64,000 nt of DNA, taken from positions 68,016,001 to 68,080,000 of the forward strand of contig CM059432.1 of assembly GCA_030390025.1 (NCBI GenBank). Reading direction: 5' to 3'. Source of the stretch: Squalus acanthias (Eukaryota). This document shows, in pieces, positions 11,060 through 22,822 of this stretch; the stretch's first letter is position 1; each line of letters starts with the position of its first letter. The notes below the pieces were generated by a model. That model had not been told where the DNA came from. It made no database searches and worked only from the letters and a program-made list of their open reading frames with translations. Position numbers and translations under genes: made by a program.

Positions 11060-14000
11060 AGGACAGTGGTTTAAACTAGGAGCAGGAAACTATAACGTAC
11101 TGTATTAAATTTATAGGTTAACTAGTTAAACTATTTAATATAACTATAAATAATTGTTGAATAAAGACTTTAACTAATTAAATAGCTAAAATAAGGCTAG
11201 TCTAAGATATGGCAGGGCAGGTTGTGTGTCTGGACTGCAGTATGTGGGAGTTTGTGGACAGCGAGACTGTCCCGAGCAAACACGTCTGCAGGAGATGTCT
11301 CCATCTCGAATCTCTCCGGCTCAGAGTCATTGAGCTGGAGTGCGAGTTGGAGACACTCCGACACATAAGGGAGGGGAGGAATTTCTGGACAGTTTTATTC
11401 AGAATGCAGTCACACCCCAGAGGAAAGCACAGGTTCAGGAATGGGAGTGTATGACTGTTAGGAAGATGGGTAGCAGGGATTTAGGAGAGGTTGAGAAGGA
11501 GGTCCTGCAGACACTGGTCCTGTCCAACAGGTACGAAGTACTCGCTACCTGTGAGGACAAGGAGAAAGACTGCAGGGAGGACAGCCACAATGCAGACCAA
11601 AGCACCATGGCTCAGAAAGCTGTCTGGGGGGGTGGGGGGGAAGAGCAGAATAGAAATGTGGTAGTAATAGAGGACTTTATAATTAGGGGGATAGATAGCG
11701 TCCTCTGCAGCCAAGAATGAGAATCCTGAAGGGTGTGTTGCCTACCCGGTGCCAGGGTAAGCGATATATCAAGGCGGCTGGAGAGGAACTTGGAAAGGGA
11801 GGGGGTAAATCCAGTTGTCATGGTCCATGTTGGAACAAACGACATAGGTAGGAACAGGGAGGAGCTAAATTAAAAAGCAGGACCTCGAGGGTAATAATCT
11901 CTGGATTATTGCCTGAGCCACGTGCAAATTGGCATAGAAGCAGACAGATCAGGAGAAATAACACATGGCTAACGGGCTGGTGTGGGAAAGAGGGGTTCCT
12001 TTTCATGGGATACTGGCACCAGGAAGGAGATGTACCAATGGGACGGGCTCCACCTGAACCGGGATGGGACCTGTGTCCTTGCGGAAAGGGTAAATAGGGA
12101 AGTGGCAAAGACTTTAAACTAGTAAGAAGGGGGGAGAGATCTACAATAAATGTAAGCAGCCCAAATATAAACAAAACAGGAAAAGTGAGCATAGGAAAGA
12201 ATAAAGTAAGGGAGGACATTGATGGCAAGGGAGCAAATAGAGTTATAGAACAGGAGTCTAAAAGATGGTTAAACATAAAGTGAGTGGAAATCCTATTAAA
12301 ACTGAGTTAAACTGTCTGTACCGCAATGCACAAAGTGTCCGTAATAAAACAGGGGAGCTGGAAGCAACCATGCGTTGGGAGGAACCAGACATAGTAGGGA
12401 TTACTGAGACATGGCTACAGAAAAATCAGGACTGGGAATTAAACATTGCAGGGTATAACATATTTAGAAAAGATAGAGAGGGAAAAAGGGGAGGTGGAGT
12501 AGCTGTACTTATTATGGATAACATAATGGCAGTAGAAAAAAGGGACGTAGATATCAGCACGACAAAAATAGAATCCATATGGATAGAGATGAAAGATAAT
12601 AAAGGATCAATCACACTAATAGGTGTAGTCTACAGACCACCTAATAGTGGAAGGGAGGTGGAGGAAGAAATATACAGACAAATTAGAGAAATGAGTAAAA
12701 ACATAGAATAATAATCATGGGGGATTTCACCTACCCCGATATTAATTGGACAGAAGGGTAAGTAAAGGGGATAAGAGAATAGAGTTTCTACAATGTCTAG
12801 AGGACTCCTTTCTAACCCAATATGTAAAAAGCCCAACAAGGGAGGATTCGCTATTGGATCTAGTTATGGGGAATGAGCCAGAGCAGATAAGAAAAGTAAA
12901 AGTAGGGGAACATATAGGCAATAGTGACCATAATATAATACGCTTTAAGATGGTAATAGAGAAGGACATAAGTATGACAAAAACCAGATTGATAGATTGG
13001 AGAAAAGCTGATTTGGAGGGGCTGAGAATAGAACTTGGGAAGATAAAATTGGCAACAATATTGGCAAACAACAATGTAGAACGACAATGGGAAACATTTA
13101 AAATGGTGTTCAACAGAGTGCAGGAAAAATATATTCTGCTAAAAGGAAATAACAAACTAAGCACTAATGAGACTCCATGGATGAATAAAGACATAAGGAA
13201 ACAATTGAGGATAAGGAAAGAGGCATACATTAAGTACATAGACAGCAGAGGAGTGCATGATAAGAGAGAATACGAAGGGATTAGGAGAGAAGTCAAAAAA
13301 CAATTAGAAAGGCAAAGAGGAGCTATGAAATTAGATTATCAAGGAACATAAAACAAAATAGTAATATATTTTACAGGCACATCAATAAAAAAGGAAGGTT
13401 GAGATGGGAATAGGGCCATTAAGGGATAGGCAGGGCAATACCACAGGTAACGATAGGGAGATGGCAGAAATATAAAATCATTATTTCGCTTCGGTATTTA
13501 CCAGGGAGATAGAACAGGTGGACATGACATTGGATGATGAGATGAGTAATGAGATAAGTGCATTTAAAATAAAAAAGGGGATATATTAAATAAACTAATC
13601 AAACTCAAAGAGGATAAAACCCCTGGTCCGGATGGATTGCATCCACGCATTTTAAAAGAATCTAGGGAAGAGATAGCAGAGGCATTACTATACATATTTA
13701 ATAATTCGTTAGAAAAAGGTGTAGTGCCAGAGGACTGGCAGACAGCTAACGGGGAATTATAGACCAGTCAGCTTAACATCGGTGGTAGGAAAAATAATGG
13801 AATCCCTACTAAATGAGAGAATAGAAGAACATCTAGAAACAGAAAGTATAATAATGAATAGTCAGCATGGATTTCAAAAGGGAGAATATTGCTTGACCAA
13901 CCTTTTTGAATTTTTTTGATGAGGTAATAGAGAGAGTAGACAATGGTAATGTTGTAGATGTAATTTCAAAAGGCCTTCGATAAGCTACCCCATAATAGAC

Positions 14001-15746
14001 TAATGAATAAGGTAAGAGAATGCGAAGTCAGGGGACAAGTAGCAGAATGGATCGCTAGCTGGCTTCAAGACAGAAAACAGAGAGTGGGAATAAAGCGTAG
14101 GTATTCACAATGGCAGAAGGCGGGTAGTGGTGTTCCACAAGGATCAGTGCTGGGACCACTGCTGTTCACAATTTACATTAACGATTTAGGCTCTGGAATC
14201 AAAAACACAATTTCTAAATTTGCGGATGATACCAAATTGGAGGGATAGTCAATACTGAGGAGGACCTCAACAAATTACAGGAGGACATTAATAAACTTGC
14301 AGAATGGGCAAATAATTGGGAAATTTGCTGATGACTACACAGTGTTCAGTGCCATTCACAACTCCTCAGAAAATGAAGCAGTCCATGCCCGCATGTAACA
14401 AGACCTGGACAGCGTTCAGCCTTGGGCTGATAAGTGGCAGGTAACATTCACGCCACACAAGTGCCAGGCAATGACTATCAACAAGTGAGAGTCTAACCAC
14501 CGCCAGTTGACATTCAATGGCATTACCATCGCCGAGTCCCCCACCATCAACATCCTGGGGGTCACCATTGACCAGAAACTTAACTGGAGCAGCCACATAA
14601 ATACTGTGGCAACAGGAGGAGGTCAGAGGCTAGGAATTCTGCAGCGAGTGTCTCACCTCCTAACTCCCCAAAGCCTTTCCACCATCTACAAGGCACAAGT
14701 AAGGAGTGTAATGGAATACTCTCCACTTGCCTGGATGAGTGCAGCTCCAACAACACTCAAGAAGCTCGACACCATCCAGGACAAAGCAGCCCACTTGATT
14801 GGCACCCCATCTACCACCTTAAACATTCACTCCCTCCACCACCGGCATACCGTGGCTGCAGTGTGTACCATCTACAAGATGCAGTGCAGTAACTCGCCAA
14901 GGCTTCTTCGGCAGCACCTCCCAAAGCCGCGACCTCTTCCACCTAGAAGGACAAGGGCAGCAGACGCATGGAAACACCATCACCTCCAAGTTCCCCTCCA
15001 AGTCACACAGCATCCTGACTTAGAAGTATATCGCCGTTCCTTCATCGTCGCTGGGTCAAAATCCTGGAACTCCCTACCTAACAGCACTGTGGGAGTACAT
15101 TCACCACACGGACTGCTGCGGTTCAAGAAAGCGGCTCTCCACCACCTTCTCAAGGGTAATTAGGGATGGGCAATAAATACTGGCCTTGCCAGCGACGCCC
15201 ACATCCCATAAACAAATAAAAAAAAATGAAGTTCAACACAGATAAATCTGAAGTATTACATTTTGGCAGGAAGAATAGGGAGGTCACTTATCACTAGGAG
15301 GACGCGAGTCTAGGTGGGGGAGAGGAACAAAGGGATCTCGGAGTACAAATACACAAATCACTAAAAGTTGCGCCACAGGTTAGCAAGGCCATAAAAAAAG
15401 CAAACCAAGCACTCGGGTTTATTTCTAGAGCGATAGAATTGAAAAGTAGGGAAGTTATGCTAAACCTGTATCGAACCTTGGTTCGACCACACTTAAGAGT
15501 ACTGCGTGCAGTTCTGGTTGCCATATTATAAAAAGGATATAGAGGCACTGGAGAGGGTGCAGAGAAGATTTACAAGGATGATACCAGAAATGCGAGGGGA
15601 TACATATCAGGAAAGGATGAACAGGCTGGATCTCTTTTCTCTTGAAAAAAGAAGGCTGACGGGTGACCTAATAGAGGTCTTTAAAATTATGAAAAGTTTT
15701 GATAGAGTGGACACAGAGAGAATGTTTCCACTTGTGGAGAAGAGCA
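11060..15746 (+). mobile_element. Near full-length decayed CR1 LINE (ORF1 zinc finger/leucine zipper plus esterase; ORF2 APE plus RT), 3' end missing
   Basis: ORF1 'CLDCSMWE...CRRC...LRVIELE', 'CLPGARVSDI', 'VHVGTNDIG'. ORF2 'IVGITETW', 'GNSDHNII', '[10 protein letters not shown]', 'KFADDTKL'. Many stops and frameshifts. 5' boundary approximate. Confidence 0.92.
14324..15225 (+). mobile_element. 5'-truncated LINE of a second family (family B, CR1/L2-related) inserted in the CR1
   Basis: 'FADD' at the start, ORF 14507..15163 'IYKAQVRSVMEYSPLAW', A-rich tail. The host CR1 resumes at 'aatgaagttcaac'. Confidence 0.85.
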
Positions 15747-17300
15747 TTCAGCGCACCCAGCACCAGGGCAGAGACGCACACCTTGGTGGGTTTTTTGCAA
15801 CATAGAGTAGTGTTATCACCTGGTGTATCACAGCTCACAAGTGAGCAGGAGCAGATGTTGGAGACAGGTACAGCAGTGGAGAGTCCTCGTCGGAGGGCGC
15901 TGGATGCTCCCAGCTCTGCTCAGCTGCATGTAAACACTGAGCCTCTGGGGCCATCCAGAAAGAGAGCGGTGCTGGAGCTTTAGGAACAAGTGCAGGAGGT
16001 TCTGAGTGGGTTTGCTTCCACGGTAACTGCGAGTGTGCAGAGAATGGAGGAGTCCATCTTAAACATTAGCAATGCCGTGGTGAACGCTGTGGGCAATCTA
16101 GGTGCCGCCATGGAAAGGATGGCAACCTCCATGGAGGACCTAACTCACCAGACACAAGCCAACATGGTGGCTCTTCTAGCTAGATGGCCAGCTATGGAGG
16201 ATAGAAGGCCATCTATCATGGAGAGGAACCAGAGGTACATGGACGTCCCGGTTATGAGGACTGTCAGTACAGAGATGGGTCCACATGTCCCCACCGATGT
16301 GCAGCAAGGTGCTCTCCAGCAACTTGCTAGCAGTGAAGTGCGGGTGACCCATGAGAGGGACGGTGGTGTTCGAGCACAAGGAAGTGGGGGCTCCTCTCCA
16401 AGCACTCACACTCCCTTGCCACTGCCAAGCCCTCGGTCAGAGCCCCATCTGCCTGAGCCAACAGAGATGGCCGAGTCTGCCCCTGCACAGCCGCAGGAGG
16501 AGCAGACTTTGGCGGGGCCCTCCAAGGCTCACAAAACCAGAGGATGGCCGCCAAAGGCGTCTAAGCAGGAGCAGCAGGGAAGTGAGCAGGCTGCCTCCAT
16601 ATATGCTGAAGCCACAGGGGTCTCACAATGTAGAAGCACGCGTAAGAGGAAGATGTCACGTTAATAATCACAAGGGTTCTCATTTGGGTATTATGATAGA
16701 TTTATTTGTAAAGTTTCTGTTCTTTGCTAATATTGTAATAAATTGATGTAGAACGAAGGTTTGGCATCGTTGCCATATGTGTGCTGACAATTTGAGGTGG
16801 CACAGTTTAGGGTAAGTGCGCCTTTAAAATCCAGCAATGTAGGTTACATTGGATCTATAGTCAACAACACATACTTGCAGCCTAAACACAGAATATGCCC
16901 CCCAAATTATTCAATCAGCAACCTCACAGATTTCTAAATGACAAGATTTGAGAGTGTAGCTTTTACATTGCAGTTGCAGCTGTGAAGTCTCCAGCTCACT
17001 GGTGTTCACACCACACTTACTTGCCGTGTTGTTGGAACATCGTGAAACCCAACCCAGAAGCTGGAAAATCTAAAAACCCTGTGAAAATAGCTCTAAACTA
17101 CCACTTAATAGGCAGTTAAGTGCCTTTAATCCCTTTCCCGCCGCTTGTTGTCGGGTCCGTTTGTAAATCGGAGACCCGACACTCGGGAAAGTTGCGTGGT
17201 GGCGGGATCATGGCGGGTTCGGAACCCGCCGTCAATCATTGCGAATTTAACCTCTGACCCACCTCCAATCCCGCCCTCTGAGCACCGGCAAAATTCCAGA
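15747..17300 (+). mobile_element. Harbinger remnant: last exon of the accessory (Myb-partner) gene and one terminus
   Basis: ORF 15990..16664 has the same layout as 60528..61571 (helical M/A-rich segment, 'AGPS', basic end 'RSTRKRK'). AATAAA near 16737. CCCGCC-rich end 'aaaattccag' near 17290. Confidence 0.65.
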
Positions 17301-17372
17301 CTTTGTGTCTGTCTTCACGGAAGAAGACGCAAAAAATTTCCCAGAAAAAGTGGAGAACCAAGGGTCCAGCTG

Positions 17373-19025
17373 TGAAGAATAAGCCATATAACCTATTCAG
17401 AAAAATACACTATCTTATGAAAGGATTCTGGCCTTATTAAAACATGACAAACTGGGTTTGGAAATTTGGAAAGTTAGAAACCTAACTATGAAATAGCTAT
17501 GAAAGCATTCTGGCTACTGAGATAAGACAGTTGTTGACCCTAAATAAATAACCTTATTGAAACAGAAGGTGAAGGGCTCCGATAGGCTGACCTTTTGGGA
17601 AAAAAACAATGGTTCACCCTGGATAAGGTGTTCTAATTTACAATTCGTAAAGAAGCACATAAGATAAGGAACATCTGCCCTCATAAAGATAACATAAAGT
17701 AAGGAACACCTGCCGTCACACCGTTTTTATATGGTAAACTTAGAACACCTAGAGATGAGACAAGATTCTGGTTGAGGTGGCAGTAAGAGTTGCAGAGGTC
17801 AGCAGAAAAATGACTAGAGATAACTAGCTTGCATCAGCAGAAAACCTTAAAGGAAATACCACTGGAAAAGAGTATAAATATTGAACTCTCAAATGGGATA
17901 ACAGACTCGCTTTAATCGAGCAAAGCGATTCTCGGCTTCAGAGGCGGCTCTGTAGTCTCCACTCTTTGTACCTCGGGGATCAAAGCTATTTGATATTGAT
18001 GGATATCCTGTATAGCGAACTTTAAGAACTGTAATACTGTAGCAAAGTTAAGATTTAAAAGTAAGATTCTCTGTTAAAAAGATAGTATGTTTTCTCTTTT
18101 TAGAACTGTTAAAGTTGCGATTGACTGATTCACCAACTGTAAATTGCATGTCGGTTCTTTAATAAATCTATATATTTTTAGAATTGTCTCACATAAGACT
18201 TCTGTATCAAAAACTCACAAACTCAATCTCTGTACATGCTTTGGTGAGGAGTTGCAGAATTCTGATGGAGTTTTCTGGACCCTCATAATATCCGGAACGT
18301 TACAGTCTAGCTAAACTTATTAAAAGCGCTATCTGGAGGATGGTAACATTCTTGGATTGTTCCTTTCCTTTAGGGAGAGATAGTCTGGACCTTTAGACCC
18401 AGTTAAGCGTCTTTAGGATTCGGCTACCTCAAACTTTAGTTGAAAGTGAACATCTGAGAAATACGCCTGATCCGGGGTAGCCGTAAAAGGGCTAGGACTA
18501 GTAAAAATCCTTCAGTTGGCGACCAACGTGTGTGTTAACGAGTTGATACAGAACCCTATACTTATATTTATATCTATATCCATCTCGTAGATTGTTAAGT
18601 ATGGAAGGAGTGTTTTACTGACAGTGGTACTAAGACGCAGATTTAAGTCTCTAGAGATGACAAGTCCCTGATCAGGCCTTGTAGAACTTAAATCAGAACT
18701 CCCTCATATACCACTGAGGTCTAGAAATTTCTTATAAAGTTCATATTAAACCCTAACCGAGGTTAGGTCCTGACGAAATGGCAAACCGTGTCGGAATTGG
18801 CCAAGACTTTTTATTAGCAAATTCAAATGATTGCTTTATTAGGGGAAATAATCCTATCCCTATTGGGTTGTTCCTTTCCTTTAGGGAGAGATAGTCCAGA
18901 CCATTAGACCCAGTTAAGCGTCTTTAGGATTCGGCTACCTCAAACTTTAGTTGAAAGTGAACGTCTGAGAAATACGCCTGATCCGGGGTAGCCCTAAAAG
19001 TGCTAGGACAAGTAAAAATCCCTCA
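17373..19025 (+). mobile_element. Internally deleted LTR element: 5' LTR 17373-18514, PBS, short leader, partial 3' LTR ~18866-19025
   Basis: TGAAG...CTTCA termini, TATAAA near 17873, AATAAA at 18161, TGGCGACC at 18517. The last ~160 bp of the LTR recur at 18866-19025. Confidence 0.75.
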
Positions 19026-19481
19026 TAGCGAGAATAAGGAACTGAAAGAAATTAGTATTAGTAAAACAATAGTACTGGAGAAATTAATGGAACTGAAAGC
19101 TGATAAATCCCCTGGACCGGATGGCCTGAGGGTTTTGAAAGAGGTGGCTATAGAGATAGTGGATGCATTGGTTGTCATTTTCCAAAATTCCATAGATTCT
19201 AGAACGGTTTCCACAGATTGGAAGGAAGCAAATGTAACCCCACTATTTAAGAAAGGAGGGAGAGAGAAAACGGGGAACTACTGACCAGTTAGCCTGACAT
19301 CACTAGTAGGGAAAATGCTAGAATCTATTATTAAGGACATGGTAACAGGGCACTTAGAAAATAATAATAGGATTGGGCAGAGTCAAGACGGATTTATGAA
19401 AGGGAAATAATGTTTGGCGAATTCGTTAGAGTTTTTTGAGGTTGTAACTTGCAGAATAGATAAGGGGGAACCAGTTGTTGT
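19026..19481 (+). mobile_element. CR1 ORF2 internal fragment
   Basis: 'KSPGPDG...WKEANVTPLFKKGGREKTGNY'. Confidence 0.88.
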
Positions 19482-19743
19482 GATGCTTCTCCCTGATAGT
19501 CACCCTCACACTCAACCCATCGGGTGAACACATGCCATCGCAGTCACTCATAGGTCTGCTCTTTCCCCCGTTGCAGAAGGCAGAGGGAGAGAACCAGAGA
19601 TGGTCCTCCATAGATTTCACAACTGACAACTGTAGAAGAGGAAGTGCTGAAGATCAGAAGTGTCTCAGCCAATGTTCCCACTTATTTTTGTTGCATTGAG
19701 CAGGCCACAAACTCCTTTGAGTGCGACCTTTTTGTCCGTGGGC

Positions 19744-19838
19744 AAATTTTACAACAACAAATTTTATAACAACAACTTGTACAACAACAACTTTTATAAT
19801 AACAACTTTTACAACAGCAACAACGACAGCAACTGCAA
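19744..19838 (+). repeat. AAC-rich ~15-bp tandem repeat (ttttacaacaacaac-like)
   Basis: About 5 degenerate copies, directly visible. Confidence 0.85.
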
Positions 19839-20268
19839 CCACTCAAAAGCATATATACAATAATGCCATATTGCCACCCCACCATCTCAAATCATGAGAC
19901 AATCAAACAAACTCTTAAAAAAATCATTAAATCAGATGCTCTTTTCTGGTTTATAAACCTCATTAGTGGCTATATTTAATCTCTAACAGCTCACAGCTCT
20001 TACAAAAACTAAATTACACATGTCTCGTGTTAGAATTTGCTCTGTGTCAGGTGTCCCATCAAAGTTAATCAAAACATCTCGAGGTCATTGTCCAATTAGG
20101 ATATGCTAATATTGGCGATTAGTTGGGACAATAGGGGTGTAGGAAGAAGCAGACAGGTCAGCATCATCCCTTGTGAAGTGTTAATAGCAGATTGGCCAGA
20201 ACAATGGAGGCACTGAAGCTAACACATTAGCAACTATTAGCAAGGTCACATTAATTATATGGGATTGT

Positions 20269-20455
20269 CATAGAATCAATCATAGAATCATAGTATGGTT
20301 ACAGCACGGAAGAAGGCCATTTGGCCCGTCAAGCCCGTGCCGACTCTCAGCTAGTCCCACTCTCCTGCTCTTTCCCCATAGCCCTGCAATTTTTTTCTTT
20401 CAGATACTTATCCAACTCTCTTTTGAAATATAAGATTGAGTCTGCCTTCACCACC
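20269..20455 (-). mobile_element. CR1 3'-end fragment
   Basis: Begins with (catagaat)n. Reverse complement of the tails at 7120-7298 and 24850-25040. Confidence 0.85.
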
Positions 20456-20664
20456 CAAGTCATCTCCTGTTGCTTTGTAAATTCAGACAGGAAACATCAG
20501 GTTAAATTGATTAGCAGTTAAACCATCAAGATGGCCATTATGTCAAGGTCTGGCGGTTTGGCGAGAAGGAACCTCACTTCAATATACATTCTGGGCATCA
20601 TGTCATGTGACTCACATTAAAGTCCAACACCTACGGAAGCCAAGCTTGATCACGGTGGGTCTAC

Positions 20665-20838
20665 CTCTCTCTCCTCCTTTAAGAACCTCCTGAAATTCCA
20701 CCTCTTTGACCAAGCCTTTGGTCACCCAATCCTAAAATCCCCTTCTTTGGATCTGTGTACAATTGCACCTGATCACGCCTCTGTGAAGTGCCTTGGGGTG
20801 TTTTTCCAGGTTAATGGTGCTATATAAATGCAAGTTAT
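20665..20838 (+). mobile_element. L2-type LINE 3' end
   Basis: 'cacctctttgaccaagcctttggtcacc...ctgtgaagtgccttggg...gctatataaatgcaagtt'. Confidence 0.65.
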
Positions 20839-21366
20839 TCTGAATAAACAGTAAATCCGAACAGTTATATGGTAAATAGCCCTTACCCTCCTGGAGAAAC
20901 CATATCTGTAGTTATAAAACAGGCATACTGTGCAAAGCAGAGCAAGGTTTGCCGATTCACACTGTACTGGAATGATCTGAGCGTTACTGGCCTGCAATCC
21001 ACCGACTGAAGCTTGAAGTTTGTTTTAACTAATTTTCCCTGACGATAATATGTTTTAAAATTTTGCTAAACTCTTTCACGAGCTGTCGATCTTTGACTGG
21101 TTTGGGATTTGTTTAACACCACTCAGATGTTAGCAGCAGTCACTGCTCAGTGTGTTGGTGCAGTGGACTAACTGTACTGAAAGATTTGGAGGCTACCGCT
21201 TTCTATTAAATGTGCACAGTGGATCAGACAGAGAGAGGAGAGAGACTTTCTGTATCAACTGGAGGCAAAACCCCAAGGTGACCTCGAGCTGATCCTCTAG
21301 CCAACTTCTTCCTGCTCTTTTGCTGATACCCGCACTTGCTCCTCTCATTCATGTTGTGTGTGTTTA

Positions 21367-22785
21367 TGTAGGGGGTGGTGTGTGGGTCAGCCTCACCACT
21401 GACTTATGAGCGGTTCGAATCGCTCCCACTCCCTTGATTCTAGACCTTGGGTTTATTTGGGGGTTGTGACAAAAGTGCAGCAGACAACTGGTTTTGGTGC
21501 AAGAAACTTTGATCTTTATTCAAGAAAGAAGATACAACACAACAATCTTATACTCTAATAAAAATGGGAAATATTTTAATACATACGAGGGAAATACAGT
21601 AGAAAGTACCTCACCCCTCCCGATCCCACTTCCGAGCTAAGTTGGACTCTAGAGGACCAGGGATAATGCTCACCAAACGAATCCTTGACAGTTGAGCTGC
21701 TTCGCGGTTTCGGGGTTCGCTGGATGTGTTGGTTGGTGTCTGCCGTACCCCGGACGCGGTAGAGGACTTCAACTGCTGGTCAGTCTTCGTGAGTCCGCTG
21801 ATGCGGTAGGGTGCGTTTTGGATTTATGGGGTGAGTACCCACTTTCCTTCTGTAGAGATAGGGTTTAGAGTTCCTTTTAAGTAAAATTCTTACCCGGGGG
21901 TAAGTCAGGAATAGATTGTAGAGTGGAAAACTTTCGAATCTTCGGTTTTCTCCTGAGTTGTTTTTCTTTGGTCGCGGTGGCTTGATATTACCAGGTTGGT
22001 TGGTGGTAATATTTTGTTGGTAGTTTCGTAAGGCTCTTGTTGCCGCGATGTGTCCGATGATGTCCTGGGTCACTGAAGCTGTTGAACTTGGGTGTACGGT
22101 AGAATGCTGCCCCGTCTCGATGCTCCGGTTTCTTCTTGTGTGTTGCTTCTAGAGAGAACTGTCTTCTTGAGAAAACAGGCCTTCAATTATACTTTGAGGG
22201 GCCTTCTAATCTGCGCGCCAAATCAGTCCTGGTTTATTGTTTGATTTGGGCGGGCTCGTTAATGGTAACTTGATTAGAAATGTGTAAAATGGTTTCGGGA
22301 TGCTGTACTGATTATTCAATGAGCTGTTGAGCTCCTAGTTAATTGTCATAGCTATACTCAGGTTTCGAGTCTCCTGTCTGAGCCCGAGATTTCTATGTAG
22401 GTTGGCGAGGTGATTTGCATTATGCATGTTTTGGATGGGTCCTGTGCTTTGGGTGGGGACTGCTCCTCCGTGGGTCGATTGTTAGGATGTTAATGTCTGA
22501 TAGGGGCTGAGTGAGGTCACACAGTTCCCCAGACAATTTGATTTACTCCAATACCCAAACTGTCTTTACAGAGGTTGATCCCATTCCCTGTTTCAGCCTT
22601 TTCTCCCTTTACAGGCCCAACATGCCTTTTAAAAATGCCAAATCTTGGTTTCCGACCTTGAATCTCCCTCTGTTAGGCCCAATACGTATTTTATCATCCT
22701 GAAGCTTATTAGAAAGAGTCCAAAGTCATTTTCCTTAGGGTTTTCTTCTAGCTTTGGAGGATCTGTGAATTTTGAGAATCTTACA
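21367..22785 (-). mobile_element. Solo LTR, 1419 bp, same family as 472-1823
   Basis: TGTAGG...CTTACA termini on +, 4-bp TSD TTTA (21363-21366, 22786-22789). Both ends are reverse-complement homologues of 472-1823. Confidence 0.9.
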
Positions 22786-22822
22786 TTTACTGCACTGCTT
22801 CCTGCTCTAAATCTAACTCTAC

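Noticed and set aside
15195..15210. Satellite origin from the family B LINE tail (shared CACATCCCAT)
   Set aside because: The match is only 10 nt and the rest of the unit does not align.
19660..19885. Asn-rich or Cys-rich short ORFs
   Set aside because: They are translations of the AAC-rich tandem repeat.
20880..21180. Possible minus-strand host exon ending in GTAAG
   Set aside because: No recognisable protein in the frames I translated and no partner exons.
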